Of a stretch of DNA of 30,654 nucleotides, positions 26,738 to 30,654 are shown in pieces (within the stretch, counting starts at the first letter, position 1; each line of letters opens with the position of its first letter). The notes under the pieces are model-generated. The model saw only the letters and a list, made by a program, of their open reading frames with translations. It was not told where the DNA came from and searched no databases. The stretch is from the NCBI GenBank assembly GCA_051748045.1, contig JBNJGY010000023.1, positions 1-30,654 of the forward strand. Reading direction: 5' to 3'. Made by a program: the position numbers and the translations under genes. This stretch comes from Thermotogota bacterium (GTDB lineage: Bacteria; Thermotogota; Thermotogae; Petrotogales; Petrotogaceae).

Positions 26738-28011
26738 TTCGTAACTCCTAATTTTTCATTTATCACTTCAATTGCTTTTTTCAATTGTGCATCATTTTCT
26801 AAATCTATACTTGCTTCTGTTGTTGTTTCATTTCTAGCTTCTTCCTGTTCTTCTTCAGAAATTTCTGTCATATCTTGTAATTCTCTTTCAGGCATCTCAA
26901 CCTCTATATTAGGATCAATACCAGTTAGATGTATATCATTTCCAAGTGGAGTAAAATAATGAGCCATAGGAAGCCATACCTCTCCTCCATTACTAAATTG
27001 AATCGGCCTTTGAACAGCAGCTTTCCCATATGTTGTCTTACCAATAATCGTTGCTAATTCTTTATCTTTCATAGCACCAGTAAATATTTCAGAAGCTGAT
27101 GCTGATGCTCCATTTACTAATATAGTAATAGGAATATTTTCTAAGAAATAAAAATATTTTCCTGGAACAGTACTTATAATCTCTTTTTGCCCATTGTAAT
27201 AATCTAAAGAAACAATTTCACCTTTTTTAATGAACATTGAAGAAACATCAACAGCTGTACTCAAAAGACCTCCTGGATTATTCCTCAAATCAAAAACTAA
27301 TCCATTTACCTTTTCATTTTCTAAAGCAGTCAAAGCTTCTTCCATTTCAGAAGCACTTTTTTCAGCAAAATTAGTCAATCTTATATATCCTATCTTTTCT
27401 TCTTCATTAATAGTTGTATATTTAACAGTTTTTGTTTCTATTAAAGCTCTAACCAGTTTAACTTCTTTTGTATCTTCCCAACCTTCTCTATAAATTTCTA
27501 AAATGATTGGTTCTCCTGGTTTACCTCTCATATTGTCAACAGAGTCCATATACCCCATATCAGCTACGGGGGTTCCATCGACAGTAATTATATAATCATT
27601 AGCTTGTAAGCCAGCTCTGTCTGCAGGAGTTCCAGTCATAGGACTAACAATAACTATTGCTTCCATTTCTTGATCCCATCTCACTGTTATACCCAGTCCT
27701 CCATACTCACCTTGTTCATCAATTTGGTTTTCCTGAGTTTGTTGAGCATCAAAATACCATGCAAAAGGATCATCAAGTCCCTCAACAACACCCGCTAAAG
27801 TTGAATCTAAAATTTTATCATAATCAATTTTATCTTTCTCATAATATATTGTATCAATATAATAAAGCAAATTAGAAATTGGTCCCTGAAATTCGTCCAA
27901 ATAAATTTCTTCAATAGATTTATTTTCTTGAGTTGCTCCAAACACCCACGCTGTAAGTAAAATAGTCATCACAGTTAATATTATTGTAATTTTCTTAAAT
28001 TTTCTACTCAT
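26734..28011 (-). CDS. ctpA: C-terminal processing protease, S41A with PDZ
   Basis: LDDPF, YGGLGI PDZ, DLRNNPGG, SASASE catalytic Ser, TYGKA Lys, GIDPNI, DAQL. Confidence 0.95.
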   Translation of the reverse strand: MSRKFKKITIILTVMTILLTAWVFGATQENKSIEEIYLDEFQGPISNLLYYIDTIYYEKDKIDYDKILDSTLAGVVEGLDDPFAWYFDAQQTQENQIDEQGEYGGLGITVRWDQEMEAIVIVSPMTGTPADRAGLQANDYIITVDGTPVADMGYMDSVDNMRGKPGEPIILEIYREGWEDTKEVKLVRALIETKTVKYTTINEEEKIGYIRLTNFAEKSASEMEEALTALENEKVNGLVFDLRNNPGGLLSTAVDVSSMFIKKGEIVSLDYYNGQKEIISTVPGKYFYFLENIPITILVNGASASASEIFTGAMKDKELATIIGKTTYGKAAVQRPIQFSNGGEVWLPMAHYFTPLGNDIHLTGIDPNIEVEMPERELQDMTEISEEEQEEARNETTTEASIDLENDAQLKKAIEVINEKLGVTN

Positions 28012-28027
28012 ATTTTAAAACCCCTTT

Positions 28028-28285
28028 CTATAAATTTTTAAATTTGGATAAGTTTGTTATCAAATCCTCTAACAAAGCTTCATCCCCAGACTTGTCATAT
28101 TCCATTATACATGTTTTTGTATAATTTTTAACTATTTCTTCACCAGTTTTATGTAAAGCACCTGTTATAGCTGACATTTGAGTCAAAATGTCATTACATT
28201 CTCTTTCTTCATCTATCATTTTTTGTAAACCTCTTACCTGACCTTCAATTCTTCTAAGTCTATTCAGCAATTTCTTTTTATCCAT
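28028..28285 (-). CDS. CsoR/RcnR-family transcriptional repressor with non-canonical ligand set
   Basis: LLNRLRRIEGQVRGLQKMI signature; C30 and C59 present, Tyr55 where CsoR has His. Confidence 0.88.
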   Translation of the reverse strand: MDKKKLLNRLRRIEGQVRGLQKMIDEERECNDILTQMSAITGALHKTGEEIVKNYTKTCIMEYDKSGDEALLEDLITNLSKFKNL

Positions 28286-28329
28286 CGTATATTCTCCTTG
28301 TTCTTTATTTAAAAAAATAATCTAAATTA

Positions 28330-28350
28330 ATTATAACACATATACCCCCC
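28330..28350 (-). promoter_or_regulatory. Extended -10 promoter with adjacent G-tract upstream of the csoR-like gene
   Basis: Minus strand reads GGGGGGTATATGTGTTATAAT. Confidence 0.55.
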
Positions 28351-28494
28351 TCATTTTTGAGATAATCTCTAATGATAATTTAAGGAATTAAAAATAAAAT
28401 ACTATCATAACTTACTTAACCATTTTAAACCCATTAACTTAAAAACAAATGAACTAAAAATTTATTAAAAATACAATAAATAATCCAAAATCTT

Positions 28495-28522
28495 TTTACA
28501 TTTTTATCTTATAATGTATAAT
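28495..28522 (+). promoter_or_regulatory. Putative sigma70 promoter of ftsH
   Basis: TTTACA-16 nt-TATAAT, with GAGGAGG RBS downstream. Confidence 0.55.
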
Positions 28523-28554
28523 AGAAATAAATGTTCTTTTGAGAGGAGGAAGTC

Positions 28555-30435
28555 ATGAGTAAAAAAGTTCGTAGAATAAATATAGGTCCACTAATAATAT
28601 ACTTTTTATTAGCTATCTTGATTTTCACAAGCATCTCTCGTATGAACGGTACAGATGCTCAAGAAATATCATATACTGAATTGGTAAATATGCTAGATAA
28701 AGGTCAAATTATTAGTTTAGAAATAGATGATTCAGGACACGTTACAGCAAAAGCTGGAAATGGAACTTTATTCAAAACATATGCTCCTACAATGGTAGTT
28801 GATGAGGCATATACCAGATCTTTAGTAAAAGAAGGAATTAGAATAAAATACAATCAAAGTTCTGGTTCTAGTTGGTGGATGAGTATTCTAATATACATGG
28901 CACCCATTGCTATTATGATTCTTTTTTGGTTGTGGATATTTAAAGGCCTTGGAAACAGAGGTGGTGGAGCGCCTGGAATGAAATTCACAAAATCTCCTGC
29001 TAAAAAATACGACCCACAAAAAGATAAAGTTACATTTAAAGATGTTGCTGGTATAGACGAAGCGAAAGATGAACTAGAAGATATCGTTTCATTTTTAAAA
29101 GACCCAAAAAGTTTTAATAATTTAGGTGCAAGAATGCCAAAAGGAATTTTATTAGTAGGCCAACCCGGTACAGGTAAAACTCTAGCAGCAAGAGCTGTAG
29201 CTGGAGAAGCTCAAGTACCTTTTTTCTACATAAGTGGTTCTGATTTTGTAGAACTATTTGTTGGAGTAGGTGCTTCAAGGGTTAGAGAATTATTTAATCA
29301 GGCAAAAGCAGAAAGTCCTGCTATTATCTTCGTAGATGAAATTGATGCTGTGGGAAGACAAAGAGGAGCTGGATTAGGTGGAGGTCATGACGAAAGAGAA
29401 CAAACACTTAATTCATTACTTGTTGAAATGGATGGTTTTGATCCAAGCTCAGGAATAATAGTTATGGCAGCAACAAATAGACCTGATATTTTAGATAAAG
29501 CTCTTTTAAGACCAGGAAGATTTGATAAAAAAATAAGTATAGACTCTCCAGATTTAAAAGGTAGAGAACAAATTTTAAAAATACACTTTAAGGGTAAAAA
29601 AATTGCTAAAGATATAGATTTAGAAGTATTAGCTCGTTCAACACCAGGTTTTGTTGGAGCTGACCTTGAAAATCTGGTTAATGAAGCAGCACTACTTGCA
29701 GCAAGAGAAAGAAGAGAATATATTAATATGGAAGACTGTCAAGAAGCTATAGAAAGAGTAATTGCTGGACCTGCAAGAAAATCAAGAAAATTATCTGACA
29801 AAGAAAAGAAAATCGTCACATATCATGAATTAGGTCACGCCATTCTAGGCTATTTACTTCCAAACTCAGATCCTGTACATAAAATCACTATAGTTCCTAG
29901 GGGCCATGCAGCATTAGGTTACACACTACAATTACCTTTAGAAGAAAAATATTTAATGAGTGAAGATGAATTAAAAGATAGAATAGTAACTTTACTAGGT
30001 GGAAGAGCCGCTGAAGAAATAGTTTTTGAAGAAATTACGTCTGGAGCCGGAAACGACCTAAAAAAATCAACAGAAATAACTAAAAAAATGATCATACAAC
30101 TTGGAATGTCTAAAAAGATCGGTCCTATTTCATGGGGAGAGGAAGAAGGAGAAGTTTTCCTTGGAAGAGAATTAACAAAGATGAAAAACTATTCTCAAGA
30201 AACCGCCAGAGAAATTGATTCAGAAATTAAATCTTTTGTCTTAAACAGTTATGAAAAAGCAAAAAATATGCTTATCGAAAATCGAGAAAGACTTGAATTA
30301 TTAGCAATCTATTTATACAATATAGAAACTATAGACGGAAAAGAATTTAAAGAAATGATGAAAAAAGATATAGAAGATTTAAGAGACTATGTTTTAAACA
30401 ACGATGATATAGAAATCAAAGAATTAACTAAATAA
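28555..30435 (+). CDS. ftsH: ATP-dependent zinc metalloprotease FtsH
   Basis: 2 TMs, GQPGTGKT, FVGVGASRVR, DEIDAVG, ATNRPD..LLRPGRFD, HELGH. Confidence 0.98.
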   Translation: MSKKVRRINIGPLIIYFLLAILIFTSISRMNGTDAQEISYTELVNMLDKGQIISLEIDDSGHVTAKAGNGTLFKTYAPTMVVDEAYTRSLVKEGIRIKYNQSSGSSWWMSILIYMAPIAIMILFWLWIFKGLGNRGGGAPGMKFTKSPAKKYDPQKDKVTFKDVAGIDEAKDELEDIVSFLKDPKSFNNLGARMPKGILLVGQPGTGKTLAARAVAGEAQVPFFYISGSDFVELFVGVGASRVRELFNQAKAESPAIIFVDEIDAVGRQRGAGLGGGHDEREQTLNSLLVEMDGFDPSSGIIVMAATNRPDILDKALLRPGRFDKKISIDSPDLKGREQILKIHFKGKKIAKDIDLEVLARSTPGFVGADLENLVNEAALLAARERREYINMEDCQEAIERVIAGPARKSRKLSDKEKKIVTYHELGHAILGYLLPNSDPVHKITIVPRGHAALGYTLQLPLEEKYLMSEDELKDRIVTLLGGRAAEEIVFEEITSGAGNDLKKSTEITKKMIIQLGMSKKIGPISWGEEEGEVFLGRELTKMKNYSQETAREIDSEIKSFVLNSYEKAKNMLIENRERLELLAIYLYNIETIDGKEFKEMMKKDIEDLRDYVLNNDDIEIKELTK

Positions 30436-30473
30436 AGAAAAAAGCTGAAGTTTAAAAACTTCAGCTTTTTTCT
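30436..30473. terminator. Bidirectional intrinsic terminator
   Basis: AGAAAAAAGCTGAAGTTT-aa-AAACTTCAGCTTTTTTCT. Confidence 0.92.
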
Positions 30474-30480
30474 ATTAAAA

Positions 30481-30654
30481 TTATTTATTTTTTAATCTCA
30501 TTTCTGCATATTTTGATTCAAAACCTTTTCTCTCATAAAGTCTTTTTGCAGGGTTTTCATATTCAACATGAAGAGCCACTTCGCCATCTACTATTTTTGC
30601 AGCTTCATCAATTAATTTTCCACCAATTCCTTTTCCCCTGTATTCTTTATTAAC
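30481..30654 (-). CDS. GNAT acetyltransferase, C-terminal part (5' end outside window)
   Basis: Manual translation VNKEYRGKGIGGKLIDE...LHVEYENPAKRLYERKGF...NK*. Confidence 0.9.
   Translation of the reverse strand, partial: VNKEYRGKGIGGKLIDEAAKIVDGEVALHVEYENPAKRLYERKGFESKYAEMRLKNK

Overview
AT-rich bacterial chromosomal segment; gene content and style suggest Thermotogota, probably Petrotogales (inference). Left to right: a two-gene SufC/SufB-like Fe-S scaffold with the SMS-type C-terminal CX20CX2C motif; a minus-strand operon (membrane GAF-GGDEF diguanylate cyclase, extended ECF S-component, catalytically degenerate S41-like protein); a secreted hypothetical and a VOC protein; an MBL hydrolase-oppABCDF-metallophosphoesterase operon; an Eis-like GNAT and a HAD phosphatase; rsgA with an overlapping upstream ORF; a flavodoxin-like protein; an S9 peptidase; a 51-aa membrane protein missing from the ORF track; tRNA-Leu/fMet/Met; a secreted HExxH/beta-propeller protein; a csoR-like-ctpA-hyp-hyp-MMPL operon divergent from ftsH; and a partial GNAT. 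I recognised no transposase, integrase, CRISPR array or phage genes. The most notable signals are an 88-bp perfect non-coding repeat in inverted orientation (1..88 vs 20534..20621) within a modular hairpin/heptamer element, the phosphoesterase-flanked Opp transporter, and the rsgA leader ORF.
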